From: Octopus vulgaris
Lineage: Eukaryota
Reading direction: 5' to 3'
Length of the DNA: 64,000 nt
NCBI GenBank assembly: GCA_951406725.2
Contig: OX597817.1
Span: 141,422,001-141,486,000 of the forward strand
Shown here piece by piece: positions 1 through 15,322 of this stretch. Position numbers and translations under genes: made by a program. Below the pieces are notes generated by a model. The model ran no database searches and was not told the origin of the DNA. It saw only the letters and a list, made by a program, of their open reading frames with translations. How positions within the stretch are numbered: the stretch's first letter is position 1; each line of letters opens with the position of its first letter.

Positions 1-559
1 AGTGTTTGTGTTTTCGCTGCCAGTTTTAGTAAATGAAGATGATTTGCGAGTCACAAAATAATTAAATGAATATGCAATGAGTGGTGTGATAAGTTTTAAA
101 ATAAATACACGGACATAATATCTAGAAACACACACCACATGGCAACAAAATGCAATGAACTCGGCTCACTAACATTAGTATGCTAACCGCTATATCACCA
201 TTTCCTGTTCAACAGCAGTTATTCAATAAAGCAAAATTGATCCAACAGAACTCACGTTCAAATTCGTTGCATCATTTAGAAGCATTCTGATTGCTTTACC
301 ATGTTTCCACTGGATTCGATATTGTTCGGCATAGTATAGTTAGACAGACACTACTATGCAATAAATTATTGTATGATAACCAGTCACTGATCTGTACAAC
401 AGAATGTACAACAGCAAAGCAGGCTTGTATAGTTCCACTCTGTTCATATAGATATAAACGTTAGCAATTTCAGAGGGTGAATGTTGTAAGTGCTTAAACG
501 GTATTTCATTTCGTTATTCACAAAAAGGAAGGAACATAAAAGTGACTTCGGCGGTATCT

Positions 560-784
560 TATTTCTTTATTGACCACAAGGGGTCAAACATAGGGGAGAC
601 AAACAAGGACAGACAAAGGGATTAAGTCGATTACATCGACCACAGTGCGTAACTGGTACTTAATTTATTGACACCGAGAGGATGAAAGGCAAAGTCGACT
701 TCGGCGGAATTTGAACTCAGAACATAAAGACAGACGAAATACCGCTAAGCATTTCGCCCCGCATGCTAAAGTTTCTGCCAGCTC
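560..784 (-). mobile_element. tRNA-derived SINE, family A
   Basis: Minus strand has A-box-like gagctggcagaa and B-box gagttcaaattcc. Highly similar copies recur across the window. Confidence 0.85.
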
Positions 785-1566
785 AGAGCGTAAAGCGCTA
801 GAAGGAATGGTGTTAAGCACCCTGTCTGACATGCTGATGCTTCTAGCAGCCCTCTGGCCTTTCCCACAAACAGTTATTACAACACAAATATCTTTCAATG
901 AAAACCTAGAATCATTGTTATCTTTCTACGTGTTTTCGGGACAATATGTCTGTCATGTATATTACCATATTTTATGACCGCCTTACAAGAACATAAACTT
1001 ACAATTTTCAACATATACCACGTATAGGTACTCTATTACATCTCTCCATGAAAGAAATCAACATTCTCATCTGTTTTCTTTTCTGTTGATCATCCATATA
1101 TTTTTCACACATCACTTGATGTAGCTCTTACTTTTTTCTTCCCCATTCGTTTTGAGATTATGTATTGTTGCTCTTGACAGCCTATTGTATTTTCTGTCAG
1201 TGGTAATATCCAATTTCTTGAATTAAGTGGAGATTCTCCTTTTCAAATCGAATATATCGAAGTTCTGTGTGTCTAATGACATTTACCGGCTTTCAGAAAA
1301 TATCCTATCAATTCCACAAACGACCTATCACGGCAGTAAAGCCACAGATATGATAATCTTCGTATTTTTGTTTCTCACGAAGCTAAAATCCCTTTTACGA
1401 GTGGATAGATTAAATGAATGCGATTATTTTTAAATATTTGTATTCACTGCTCGCCTGAAAAAAACATCAGGTGATCTATATTCTGATCATATGACAATGG
1501 ATACCAAATAAAATCCACAAATTTCATATCAGGACACAAGTGACGGAATATATTTTTGCATATATG

Positions 1567-1609
<43 letters not shown>

Positions 1610-1681
1610 ATGTGTGTGTTTGTGTTGTGTTTGTGTGTTAGGAATTTTTCTTTTCCAACAGTCTAATCTGTTGCGTGTTTA

Positions 1682-1741
<60 letters not shown>

Positions 1742-2139
1742 TTAATAATGACATTGATAATAACAATAAATATGGTTGTGGAATAAACAGTTGGATAGCT
1801 TCATGCATTACAAACGTAGATAAAAAAAGACAGAATAATCAATAAAATGTATTAATCAATGTATCCAATATACTTTGTCTCACATCGAATTAGAAAGAAA
1901 TTTCGATTAATATAATCATCATTATACACTACTGTAACTACAATTGCTAATTATATGATAAGTCAGTAGTTGAAGGGAATGGAATAGCTACTACATGTTT
2001 ACAACTCACCGAACGCATGTTATGTTACATTAAGGTATGACAGCAGTCTTTTCAGCTCCAAGTAGAAAAGTACTCGAAACGAACCGATACTGAACACGTA
2101 GCACCAGAGTTGTTTCAGAGCAATGCGACACTCGCGGTG

Positions 2140-3640
2140 CCATTCGCCTAACCTCGGTCTCTGTGTCCATTTGACAATCCTCTATGTTGTCTTCGTCTGA
2201 AGACATGTCGGAGGAATCAGAAGGATATTGGGGTCTATTTCTGAGTGTGTTGACTTTGTTGTTGGTGTTGGTGCTGGTTGGTGACAGTTGGGTTTCTTTT
2301 TATGGGTGGGGGTATGAGTCCTTTTGGTTTTTCCCTTCCTCCTTTGAAGTTGTTGATGGTGATGTTTCTGTTGTTGGTGACGCTGGTGGTGGTATTATTT
2401 GTTTGGGCTGCCTTGTTGGTTGCTGATTTCATTTACTTTTAGAGCTGTTTAATTAGTTCTGCATATGGCGGTGTGGGTAGCAGTGCTGCTTTTTTACTCG
2501 GTTTTTTTTTTGTGGTTGTTGTTGTTTTTCGTGATCTTGTTGTTCTCGTTGTTGTTGCTGTTGTTATTGTTTCTGTGCTAGTGGGCAATTAATTTGTAAG
2601 TGTGCTTTGCTAACACAAACGTAGCAACGTGGCTTTCTACATTCGACGGCCACATGCAAACTCGAATCCTCTGTCAATTGGATTCGATGTGAAATTTTTC
2701 GAAATTTATCGAATCAATTTGAGCAAGGATTTCGACTTGTTGGCCAATCCAGTTCTGCTGAAACAGGACAGCGATTTCCAAGATATGGATTTCGTCCTCG
2801 ATGTTATAACAAATGGCAGACACGAACCACTTTATTTCTATTTCCTGAGGCACATACCTTATTTTTTATTTTTGTGACCCTACAACCAAGTTATGTAGGG
2901 ATCATCAGTAAATTTTCAAATTGGAAGGACTTTGTGGAGAGGTCCTTGGCTCTTTCTTCATGGTCGAATCTCACTTCGATCGTGGCAAATCTGTTCCCCT
3001 CGTAATGTAGTCTTTAAAGGCCTATATGGGCCTTAAACGGTTTTCTACATTTTCTTGAGTGGACCTTTCGTGTATCCTTGTTTCTAGGTTGAGTGTCCTG
3101 TAAATAATTGTTTTTTTTTGCGATTTTTCCCGTGATATTTTGTGGTGCCTGTAGTCGTATGCTGAGGTCTTTTTTAAGCATTGCTTTACAAGCAAGCAGT
3201 TCTTCCTTGGAAAAGCACATGAATTTATTTCTTTAGCTTTAAAGCTGCGGCAAAATTGTTTTCAGTATTCGCGTTGATTGTGGTGGTGATGGCGGTAGGG
3301 GTGGAGGCAGTGTTTATAGTAGTAAATGTATTCGCTTCTTTGTACGTATTTTCTAAAGCCTGTGTGCATTCAAGCGGAACGGGTTTGGTTTCAGCTTCTT
3401 CGCCTCTGACATTGGTAGAGGCGGAAAGTCGGTTTCATGGTTTGGCTTAGCCATTTTCGATTTGAAATATGGCAAGGAAACCGAAGAAGATTTTTTAAAG
3501 TTTTGGAAATGAACTCCAAATGGAGACTTGCTGGGGTTGAAGTAGATGGTTTTAGACACCTCTTTCACATAAAGATATTTGACAAATAAAGCGTTTTTCC
3601 ATACAAAAAAGCCAATTTACTTGGAGCCGATTTTTCTACC
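2140..3640 (-). mobile_element. Decayed ORF1/gag-like region of a non-LTR retrotransposon (L1/Tx1-like)
   Basis: Minus strand 2582-2630 encodes a CX2CX4HX4C zinc knuckle (CYVCVSKAHLQINCP) followed by a T/N/K-rich low-complexity tail. Many stops and frameshifts. Confidence 0.55.
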
Positions 3641-5109
3641 GTCTATTCACAGCGAGAGATAGATAGATGGATAGATAGATAGATTGGTGGACAGAAAAGT
3701 ATAAACACAGACACGCAATGTCCCTCTTTCACTTTGTCTCCCTCTCTTTCTTTTCCCTCTCTCTCACTCTTACTCATACACAAGCACACTCGTGCGTACA
3801 AATGATTATAATCATGCTCAGAAAACAGACTTATACATCGAAATATATAAAAGATATACACACATATATGTTTGCATGTATACGTACATGTATCCATAAA
3901 AATATCAACCTACCTACCTACCTACCTACGACCATTGTGTTTATTAATCATTTGTCTTTGTGTATGCATTTATTTATCTATCTTCTTATTTTTCTATATC
4001 TATGTATATACACGTTTTTATGCATATATGTCCATGTGCGTATGTAAGCATGTGTGGGTGTGGGTCTTTGGTGGATTTAGCAACCTTCTCCATTTTTTAA
4101 ATTTTTATACTGAAATTTTAGAGAAGCATTTTCTTAAAATGTCTAAAAATGTAAATCTTTCTAGCCCCGGTCGTTGAAATTCCGATTTGTAAAACAATAT
4201 AAAGCAAAGCATCAATCTTATTTGTTGAATATGTAAGCTGGATTATAGGCACATTGCGTTGTTACTGTTTGTTTTTCACGATATATTTATGTTTATTTTA
4301 ACAAGTCAAAAAAAATCCTTTCCAATTCAGCTGCAGGAGTTACTTTGGAAAATTTAATTTAAACAGAAACAATTTCAGAAAAAATATGTTTGGTCATTCT
4401 TATCACGTTCATCTCTTACCCTAAACAAGGTTTCCCATCATTACTGCAATCCTATATTAAGAATAGATTTAGAAATAAGTTTCTCAAGTTATGTTTGTTT
4501 TATTTTTATCGACGAACAATATACAATATATTTTAAACGCGTATCTTAGAAATATCTAGTATTAAATTCAAGCATACTACAACTCAAACTTTAGAAAGTG
4601 TAGCTTTATAAGCAAGGATACGCCTTATTAAAAGAAAGATAAATGATATATAGGAAATTAAAATGGTGTATATAATTGCTAACTGGAGATTGCTTTGTAT
4701 TAAGCATTTAGTATTAGAGAAAATATTTATGGAACATACAGCTATACTTAACGACAAAATTCTCCATGGAATCAAATATTTACCATTCTTACGCTAGTTT
4801 AATAAGCCGTCTTTACAGGAATGTATGTATATTAAAGAGAAAACAGAACTGCAATATGGTTTCTTATGTGATAGGGATTCCATTCTTCCGTGGTGGAGGA
4901 ACCAGCGAGACTTACTTAACTATAACGCAGTATTTGAATAAACTTCGTTCTGCCAAATCAGTTAGAAAATAAATTATATATTTCTATGTCACTTACTATA
5001 CTTTAGTACAGTGACTATGTGATAGCGAAGAGGTATTCTCAAATAGAATTGAGGATTAAGATTTAAATGCTTGGTACAGAATATTAACGCACAATGTAGA
5101 TAGCTAAGT

Positions 5110-5158
5110 CTCTCTCTCTATATATATATACATGTATGTATGTATATATATATATATG

Positions 5159-5256
<98 letters not shown>

Positions 5257-5421
5257 TATACATATATATATGTATATATATACATATATATATGTATATA
5301 TATACATATATATGTATATATATGTATATATATCTATACATATATGTATATACACATATATGTATGCATATATATATATATACATATATATAGATATATG
5401 TATATATAGATATATGTATAT

Positions 5422-5460
<39 letters not shown>

Positions 5461-5496
5461 ACATGTATATCTGTATGTATATATGTGTATATCTAT

Positions 5497-5528
<32 letters not shown>

Positions 5529-5530
5529 CG
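5110..5530. repeat. Compound (TA)n/(TG)n microsatellite; similar tracts at 7880-8110, 10910-11300, 22560-22975, 36530-37120, 45660-45925, 54930-55110 and 61135-61820
   Basis: Direct reading. These explain the YI/IY, CV and HT repeat ORFs. Confidence 0.95.
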
Positions 5531-7760
5531 ATTTTAACCAAGTAATTTAAGTTCCTTTTATGTAAGAGAAATTCACAATTTTAATAATCTTGCATATTTA
5601 TATATATATATATATGTAAATATTGATTAATTTTGATTAAATACTAAATTTCAATAATTGTAGATACGGAAAAAAATGTCTTGATATTCACGCCATCCCC
5701 GATCTGTTCATTGGCCCAGCTAAAGTAATGTCTACACGAACAGAAAGACGATTAACTGACAGAATCGTTAGTACATGGGTCATAATGCTTGGCGGCGTTT
5801 CATTCGAATCTGTACGTCCTGCTTTCAAATGTAGCCGAGGTCAACTTTGCTTTTAAAATAAAGTGCCAATCAAATACTAGGGTCAATCGACTCGTCCCTG
5901 CCCCGAGTATTGATAGCCTTCAACTCGGCAACCGCTCGGTGTGCTGTTCAGCGGACTGTTGTTATTTCTGTAACTTATACGCCATAGAAATCGGGTAACC
6001 AGCTTTATGAATGCCATGGCTAAAATGAAATTCGCTAAAAATACAATAGGTGGGGAAATGGAGGGCTAACGTTAGTGATTACTTTTCCATAGACATAGAG
6101 AACAAAGATGTCAAAGATGTGCGAAAAAGAGAAACTAGCAATCTAGCCTTTATACCTTTCAGAACAATCAATTGGTGTATGCAAAAAGAAATGGTTTAGA
6201 CGGTGGACTGAAAGTGCTTCGATGTCTCCGCATATTATGAATTACTGTGTTGTGACTAGGGTGAAATATATTCACTGCAAATCCTACGGATTTGATTTTA
6301 AACTACATTTTACTTCTGGCTTTATATTATTGTACATTGGCATTGCATTGAATGGGGACTAAATGTAAAAACATGTACTGTAATTCGCAGATAGTAGCAC
6401 TCTTTTCTTGAGTCCACACTCCATGCGTAATTTTAACCAACGATATTTACATAGCAACAGAAAATAGTCAGATAACAAACCAATCGGATTGCATTTCACA
6501 TAAAGCCCCCCAAAATATCTTGCCTTCCCCAATAAAACACTAGCAATTTGGAGGCCATTGTTGAAATCAAAAATCCGGTTTTAAACAAGGTATTCCTGAT
6601 GCTATGTGATATATCAAATATATTCAACAATCATATTTTCTTTACGAGTTGAATGAAACACGCAACGTAAGACTGGGATTTGAACAGTTAAATTTTGTAA
6701 TCAATAATCGATAGTTTTGCTATCATGAATCAACGACTCACGAAAAGTTTTCTAGAAGACGTATCTACTGAAAAATTACAGCAAATAATGTTGAGCATAA
6801 ATGCAGTATTCCGCAAGAAATATCAGAAATAAAACACTCTGGAGGAAAAGTTTTTCCAATAAAAACAAATCTATATTTATAAAAAGCAGATTTGTAACCG
6901 ATAGACAGCGTTTTGTTCTATTTTTAAAATAGGTTTGAAATCCCAAACTGCCGTGGCAAATGAACAGTCTCCCAAAGCAACAGGACTGCAGTTGATGTTA
7001 TGCTAAACAATATCTTCTTAACAAATACACACATACACACATTCATTCAATCACACATACACGTAGATAAACATACATACATACATACATAATACATACA
7101 TAGACACTTACACGCATACATAATATCATAATATTTCTCATTCAGTTTCTATCTTCTATTTTCCACATACATATAGTGTGTTACTTTGTCTGCACCAGAA
7201 TTTCGTCTTCGATCATGATATCTGCGCATGCTCAAAAGACCCCGTTCACCGGCATATTAATATAAATCTAACAGAATGTTAGAAATAATCATCAATAATA
7301 CATTTCCGACATCACAAACTCATCGATTTAGAATATTTACTTCTAGTTCGTTTTTCAGCTTCGATTCAATGCAATAATATCAGTAATTCACTCAGTTCAA
7401 CACAGTCGGTCATATTGTTTCAGTGAGAAAGAATAATAAACGATGGACGACGACCAACGTTCAATAGTTTCCAGTTATCTTTGCAGATGATATTTATGAT
7501 GTTGTGCCAAAGGGTTGTTCAGCCTCTTCTAAATGGTCAGAACAGAATTGCCGTGATTCCATCGATTGTGAAACCCATTTTGGAATCGAATCTTTTGTAA
7601 TAAAATAAAGCATGCCTATATTTTAACACTGAACATCACAGCCCCCTCCTTCCACCACACAATCACACACACACACACACACGCGCGCGTGCGCACACAC
7701 ACTAATACACCTACGCAGAAAAGTACAAACACACACACACGTATACATCGAAAAAGAGAA

Positions 7761-7809
<49 letters not shown>

Positions 7810-7882
7810 TGAGGGAGAGGGACGTATTTGATAATTGACTACTTTTTATGAAATATAAACACACACGCACATATCCTCCAAA

Positions 7883-7919
<37 letters not shown>

Positions 7920-7943
7920 CATATATATGTATGAATATATATG

Positions 7944-7989
<46 letters not shown>

Positions 7990-8070
7990 TTTTTGCGTAA
8001 TGAGATAAAAAAAACCAAGGCTGTGTAGAAATGAATGCATGTACGTTTGTATGCATGTATATATGTTTGA

Positions 8071-8111
<41 letters not shown>

Positions 8112-9301
8112 CGCACATGAATATTTAGTCGTGTGTGTATGTGTGTAAACGGTACAATTTTATATCGTATGCAAAAGGATTACGGTTTGATTTTATATTG
8201 CTCCGTATAATCAGGCAAACAAGAAATATAGGAATTTAAAACGAAAATCTATAATCGTACTTTTGTAATACTTCCAGGCTCAAAGGGGATTTTAGTGTTG
8301 CAAGATAAAACAAAGATTAGCAAATCTATATCTGTACCCTATCGCTGAAATCCCATCAAAAGAAAAAAACAAAAAAAATAAACAAACAAACAAAAAACAA
8401 AAAAATGCTTCTCCATTCTTACTTCGATTTTTTTCCCTATTTACTTCATCTATATTTTCTTCAATGATATAAAGAACGCGAAAATATATAGTTTTTAACT
8501 CCTTTCAAACCTCATATATTTACCTCCCGTTCAAATCTCATATTTTTGAATCGATAACAATCAATACATTTCTGTGTGTAAGAGAAAGTATTCTAAAATA
8601 AACTTCTTTAATGCTGTCTAGTTTTGTTCAGCGCTCTCTTATTTAAAGTTGTTCCTTTATTCCTCCAAATCCTACTCTCGTATTAAGGTTGCAAAGGAAA
8701 GTAATCTTTGGGGTTGGCTAAACCCAAACCTTTCGCAAATCGATTCTACATTTGTAACTATTTTAAACTCCCGTAATCAGTAAAGGAATCCATTTCCCTC
8801 CATCGCGTTTTGTTTCTCCGTAATTGCGAGGACGTTTCATCGTACAACATCCTCGTAGAGAAAGCTATGTGAATCCAATCTAGACACGGTTTTATATAAA
8901 TCATTATGAAAGCTGGGTACAGAAATAAATGATGATTTTTAAAATTAGGACAGCTTATAGAAGATAACGTTTCTTTCAATATTATGTGTGTGATTGTTCA
9001 GCAGACATACTAAAAATAATTTGAAGTATTAGCTCTTATTCATCATGCCTAAATATATGAATAAGAACAAATATAGCGATCGAAAGTGAACGTACACGTA
9101 ATCACCATTATAATCACGACCATCGCGATCACCACCATTATTTACAGTCCCACTACCAACACCACCACAACGAGCTTCATCATTATCATCGCCATCATCA
9201 GCATGATCGCCATCAAGACTACCAACACCAATACAACCACCATCACCGCCACCATCTTCGTCTCCTCTTCCTCCGCCGCCACCTCCTAATCTTCTTCCAA
9301 C

Positions 9302-9359
<58 letters not shown>

Positions 9360-10910
9360 TTTCTCTTATTCACAATTATATTCCAGATATATTTTAATAA
9401 CATGAAGAATGGCAATAAAATTACATTGAAAGCCAATGTCAGTATCTTTAAATTGTCTTCACAATTCAAAGAATATATTTTGGTTTAAATAGAACGATGG
9501 AATTAAAGAATATTATGATTTTCTATCTATTATGAATCAACATCTAGGAATAACTAAAATCTTACAATTTTTGTTCATAAAAAGAAGGGTATGCTTCATA
9601 ACATCTTGCACGGAGTGTGGAATTTGGCGCAATTGTTCGAGCATCAGACAAAAAGGCGTTACGTTATATTGTCTAATTTTCTGGTCTGAGTTCAAATCCA
9701 ACCGATGTCAAATTCAACTGTTAGTCGTCTCCGTTGAATTATTCTAAAACTACTAGTTTGTTTATGATTTCCATGGAGACATAAGTTTCTTATTTGCCAT
9801 CAGTTTTCATTTTTATTCACTCTTTCCTTTTATTTTTGCATCAATTTTTTTTCTCATGGTTTCTCATGTACCAGTGTTCTGTTTTTTAAATAGAACAAAT
9901 CATTTACTCAGAACCTGAAAATTGCTTGGTGATCCAAGGCACGTTAAGGCAAGAAACTATTAGTACCCCTTATTTTAATACAGTGTACATTAAATTATAT
10001 ATACATGTGTGTGTGTGTGTGTGTGCGTGTGTATTTGTGTGTGTGCAAATATGTGTGTGAGAGAGAGCTTTTGTAACATGTACTACATGAGTACATCGCA
10101 GATAAGTGAACTAAGAATGTGTTATTTAAATGATATCAAAGTGTGACTTTAACACGTAAAAGGGTTAATGATTCGCTGAACGTTTTACATTTTAATTGGC
10201 TTTTAAAAAATCTAACCTATATTTTATCTTTTCATTGAAAAGTTTAAACTGCTACATTGCTGATAATTATTGATTTCTGCTTCGACGTTATCAGAGTAGT
10301 CATTTTAAAATCCTATTTAAATTAGCTGGAATAGCTGTCAATCAAAGCGTAATTTAAACTTGGAAGAAATATCAGTCATAGAGAAATAGCAAGATAGATA
10401 AAGGATTTAAAGAATTCGTTTAAATATTAAATTCACGTTAAAGGTTCCGATAGTCTTTCATATTGAAAATCCTTTGCTTTATGAAACGCATTCCCGGAAT
10501 AAATGGGTAATTAATTTTCCGGCCTGGTCATTTATTACTAAAGTGCAAGAATGTATGTTAGAAAATAAATTATATGTCACACACAATACCTTAGTAGAGT
10601 GACTAAAAAATATTGTTAAAGAAATAATAACACATAATAGAACGACGGAATCTACTAAGAGGTACTGATCGCTATGATGAGGGAATGTCTTTTATAATCA
10701 TTTCTAATGCATTGCACACACATAAAGACATGTAGCTAGGAATGCCGACCAAAATACTTTGTCAATGAAGACTGTCTTTTATTTGATATGTCTGATGCAA
10801 ACACAAAAACACTCACACATTCATAAAGGCAGACATCTGTCTCTCCGTCTGTCTGTCCGTCGTTCTCTCTCTCTCTTTCCCCCTCCTCTCTCTTTCTCCT
10901 TCTCTTTCTT

Positions 10911-10964
<54 letters not shown>

Positions 10965-11110
10965 GCGGAAGAGAGAAAGATAGAGCGAGAGAGATGGAAA
11001 GAAAGGGAGAGAGAGGGAGAGGTGGATTGAGAGAGATACGGAAAATAGGGAGGCATAGAAAAGAGAATGCGATGGATGGGTATGTATGTGTGTGTATACA
11101 CACACACGCA

Positions 11111-11237
<127 letters not shown>

Positions 11238-11245
11238 ATATATAC

Positions 11246-11302
<57 letters not shown>

Positions 11303-11581
11303 AGTGTGTGTGTGCGTAGAATGAGAGAGAGGACGGGAGGAAGAGAGAGGGAAATAGAGAGACTGATAGATATATATATATGTATGTATGCTTCATTTTC
11401 AAGTAAAGATCCGTAGAAATAGTTACCATGGTAGCCAAACGTCACATGAGCGCTTTTAAGATATTAGTAACCACACGTATATTAGTAATGATTCCAAGGA
11501 GAAGTGAAACATGTTTTGGAGGATATAAGAGAGACAGAAAACGGAGACAAACGCACGAGATGTTATTTATATCATTTACAT

Positions 11582-11667
11582 CACCGACATATATGTTTCG
11601 ATGGATACATTAATGTTAATCCGAGTCGAAAAATAAGGTGGAATAATGTATCAATCTCATCAGGATG
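11582..11667 (-). ncRNA. Type I hammerhead ribozyme at the 3' end of a Penelope-like element
   Basis: Minus strand: cauc CUGAUGA [gau-u-gauacauua ... uaauguauc-c-auc] GAAAC auauau GUC ggug. Intact core, long stem II, palindromic stem III, GUC cleavage triplet. Confidence 0.85.
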
Positions 11668-12887
11668 GAGATTATAAATAACAGTGTTCATTAGTAAGCC
11701 ATGTTTACAAATTTAGGAAGTTATAATATATAATACATTATACATAAAGACAATTGGTAGATAGAGAACGCTAGTAATTTTTGAAATACCGTTACGAAAT
11801 TTGACGTCATAAATCGAGAGATGAAGTGAAGGAAGAAAGAAGCAAAATTAAATAAATAATGGAAGATCTAGTAAATAGAAAAGTGAATGAAGAATGGATA
11901 GAAATGATAAAGGAAGGAATGGGATGTGTGGATTGAAAAGAATGGAGTGAAAAATTACAGATATTATTGGGCAAAACATAGCAGATATTATTGGGCAAAA
12001 CATAGCAGATATTATTTGAAATAGCTGAAATTGTGTTTTTTTCCAAAGTAGGCACCCGTAAACATGTTCCTTTGTAGATCTTGACAAGTGTGCGTTTGGA
12101 AAAAAGATAAACAGTTGTTCCTCCGTACAAAGAGGGCAAAAAGATTTGCCCTAATCATAAGGAAACGATCTTGACAAAATTTTCCAGTCTAAAGTAAATT
12201 GTTTATTACAGTCTTTGAGATGCCATATTAGTTTGTTAAGACACTAATATATTTAAATGTCCGAAGATGATTAGCTATGCATTTTATTTATCTCTGTGGA
12301 GCAAGGCCAACACAGAAAAATTCCTTACTTTCGGAAGTAATCTTCCATTCGTAGCCAACATTTTTAATTTTGCAATTTCCGTTGAGAACACATGGTCAAT
12401 TTGGATCATAATTACAAGTAATATTGCTATTAATAATATTAAGGAGTAATTATTATTATTCATATTATTGTTATTATAGTTATTAAGCGAATCACGTTTG
12501 CCGTTAAGAATATAATTATTATGGGAGGAGATAATCTGTAGGAGATTATTAGTGTTTCAAAATTCTAATACGATATGAATTAAGAATTGAATGGTACCTC
12601 GAATTTATAGGGAAGTTCCTTTAGATATCTTTACGAAATAGGTAAGGAATATTACTTTTAGATTGTTTACCGTATGGAATAACAAACCAAATAGTTTTAT
12701 TAGAACTATGCGATTTATAGGAAGATTTTTCATTAAAAAATCTGGGGTTGTTTTTACTTTTACAGAAAAAGAGTGAAGATGTATATTCACTTCCCTTAGC
12801 CTGTTTATTCTTAAATTTACTATGATTAGCTTTCTGAATATTTTGATACAACGAATTATTGCTGGAATTATTACCTATGGAAGATAC

Positions 12888-13108
<221 letters not shown>

Positions 13109-14040
13109 AACTACTATCAGCAAGATTATTAGGGGTTAAACTAAGACCAAGCAGGTTGCAATACTTAATTTGTTCCTTATATCCTGCTCTTGGCAAAAAT
13201 AAATTATAGAAGTCTGCATTATTTTTTTAAATGTTTACAATAGCTGATAATTTAGTCTGTCTTAGCGATATGTTTTTAACTAGATTTTTTGTAGTATTTG
13301 CAGATTGGTTGAAGCTTTATGGTAAGGGTAATACAAAGTTGTGTTTAAGTTGATTGTAAGATCAAGGAAATTAACTTTTGTTCTTTCATCATCAAAAGAA
13401 GTACTTAAGCACATATTACTGAACAATTTTTCTAGATTATCTTTAACATTTTGTAATTTTTGATTAGAGATATTCTTAAGGTAAAGAAGTCCAAATTCAC
13501 GATGTAATCCACCGAAGACATATGGGAATTGATCAGCCATTTCGTATAGAATATAAATATCGACTAGATCAGAGACCTGGGCGGAATCGGCTGCTCCTAT
13601 TGTTATATCAAAGAAATTAGGTCTATCTTTTCGCACCCCAAACTTATTATCAAATTTAATAATAGATTTTCTAGCTACTAAAACTTCATTCATTTCATCA
13701 CAGGTAAGGTGCGATTTATTATGCGCGAACCATAGGGCTTTATTAAAGATGATAGGATTAATTGAAAAATAATAATTACATATATCAAGCTGGATAAATT
13801 TAGTGTTAAGTTTATTAGTTAATCGAACCAATCTACTACCTGGAATAAATTAGACCATAAAAAAGGAATGTACTTATCAAGAATAGTTTTGCTAAGTATA
13901 CCTATATCCGAGCTAGAAGGAGAGATGAGACGGTGATTTGGGTTATTTAAAAAAGTTTGTGGTCCTCTAAAATAAAACGGGATTGCTTTGTCGGTGATAT
14001 AAATGATTTAAATAACCTCCTGTGCGATTGCCTCCATTTT

Positions 14041-14114
<74 letters not shown>

Positions 14115-14117
<3 letters not shown>

Positions 14118-14569
14118 TTCGAGACAAAACCACTATTTTGCAATACAAACAAGGAAAGACTTAATCAATACATAAAAATTTTTAATATAAAGAAATAAAC
14201 CGCCACTACAATCGTTTCATGTCTTCAATGACATTCGTCAGGTGGACTTTCGATCTCCTAATCTGTTTTAATTTATTTATATATATATATATATATATAT
14301 TTTCGATTTTGGATTTGGTTTGCAAGATTCTTTATGTGAGTTCGTGTGTTGAAGCATATTTTATTGTGTCTAGAGAGATTCATTCTCTTTTAGTGTCTTA
14401 TTATTTAACACACGCACCGGTTCGACTTCCACTCATTTGCTTAATTATTTTCTCTAAAATCTTCGTTGCGTTTTGCAACCTTTTCAATAGTCGTTGACTT
14501 TGTCCTTTATCAGCCCTGCGTTCCTTTTGTTTGTTTGTGCGCATGTGTGTGCATGTATGTGTGTGTGTA

Positions 14570-14606
<37 letters not shown>

Positions 14607-15322
14607 GTATGTATGCGTGTGTATATGTTTGTACGTATGTATGTATTCTGTATATTCGTGTGCTCGTATGATCTTGTTTGTGTGTTAGTATGTGTGTGTG
14701 ATTGTATATGCATTTGTGTGTGGACCTTTGTCACCTTGTGCGTGTGTGTGAAGTATGCATGTGTGTTTATGATCATGTGTTACAGTCTTCATTTTGTGTG
14801 TATGTGTGTGTTCTTGTCTGTCCGTATTATTTATGTACCTGTCTATCTGTTTATCTATCTGTTTACTTGCATATCTGTTTACTTACATATTCTTTTGCCT
14901 ACATATATATACATACATACATACACATTTGCACACGCACACACACACATATATATACATATATGCATACACACATACGTATATATACGTTTACATTAGA
15001 GCCTTCTAACAACTCTACCTGTGTATATATAAAATGTGAGTATTGGGGTATGACTACCTTCTACGTATATTTCCTATTTAGTGCTGGGGATGTTTCATTT
15101 ATGAGGACGTACTCCAGTATTTGTCTGAATGTTGAGTCCTTCAGGTGCTTGGCTAAAATGTGGAGGTCAAGTTGACCCACTATGCCTCCATGATTGCCTT
15201 TGGCATGTTGGTAGAGTACGGACGACTGTTTTTTGTCGTCATGTTGTCTCACATGTGCATTTAGTCTCTCCGCAATGCTTCTAGGTGCCTCACCTAAGTA
15301 TTTCCTGTTCTTGTCTTTGCAA
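14115..15322 (-). mobile_element. 3' portion of a Penelope-like element (GIY-YIG remnant, 3' repeat with hammerhead)
   Basis: Minus strand 15061-15305 reads YLGEAPRSIAERLNAH..SSVLYQHAK..H..RQILE..LI..PALNRK, typical of the PLE GIY-YIG endonuclease. Confidence 0.75.
14203..14245 (-). ncRNA. Minimal type I hammerhead ribozyme (Penelope-associated)
   Basis: Minus strand: ccac CUGACGA auguc auugaa gacau GAAAC gauu GUA gugg. Stems I and II pair perfectly. Confidence 0.8.

Noticed and set aside
5084-5545. Long ORFs of YI/IY, CV, HT and YLSI repeats here and throughout the track
   Set aside because: Translations of (TA)n, (TG)n, (ACAT)n and (TATC)n microsatellites, which lack stop codons in several frames.
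5930-5998. Cys-rich stretch VCCSADCCYFC
   Set aside because: It continues from a decayed SINE, with no acceptor, dibasic site or matching framework.
7487-7608. Possible exon after tctttgcag (DDIYDVVPKGCSASSKWSEQNCRDSIDCETHFGIESFVIK)
   Set aside because: Two frames are equally open, there is no recognisable domain and no partner exons were found.
9029-9469. 146-aa ORF with poly-Met and Gly/Asp-rich segments
   Set aside because: Degenerate (CAT)n/(CAC)n trinucleotide repeat.
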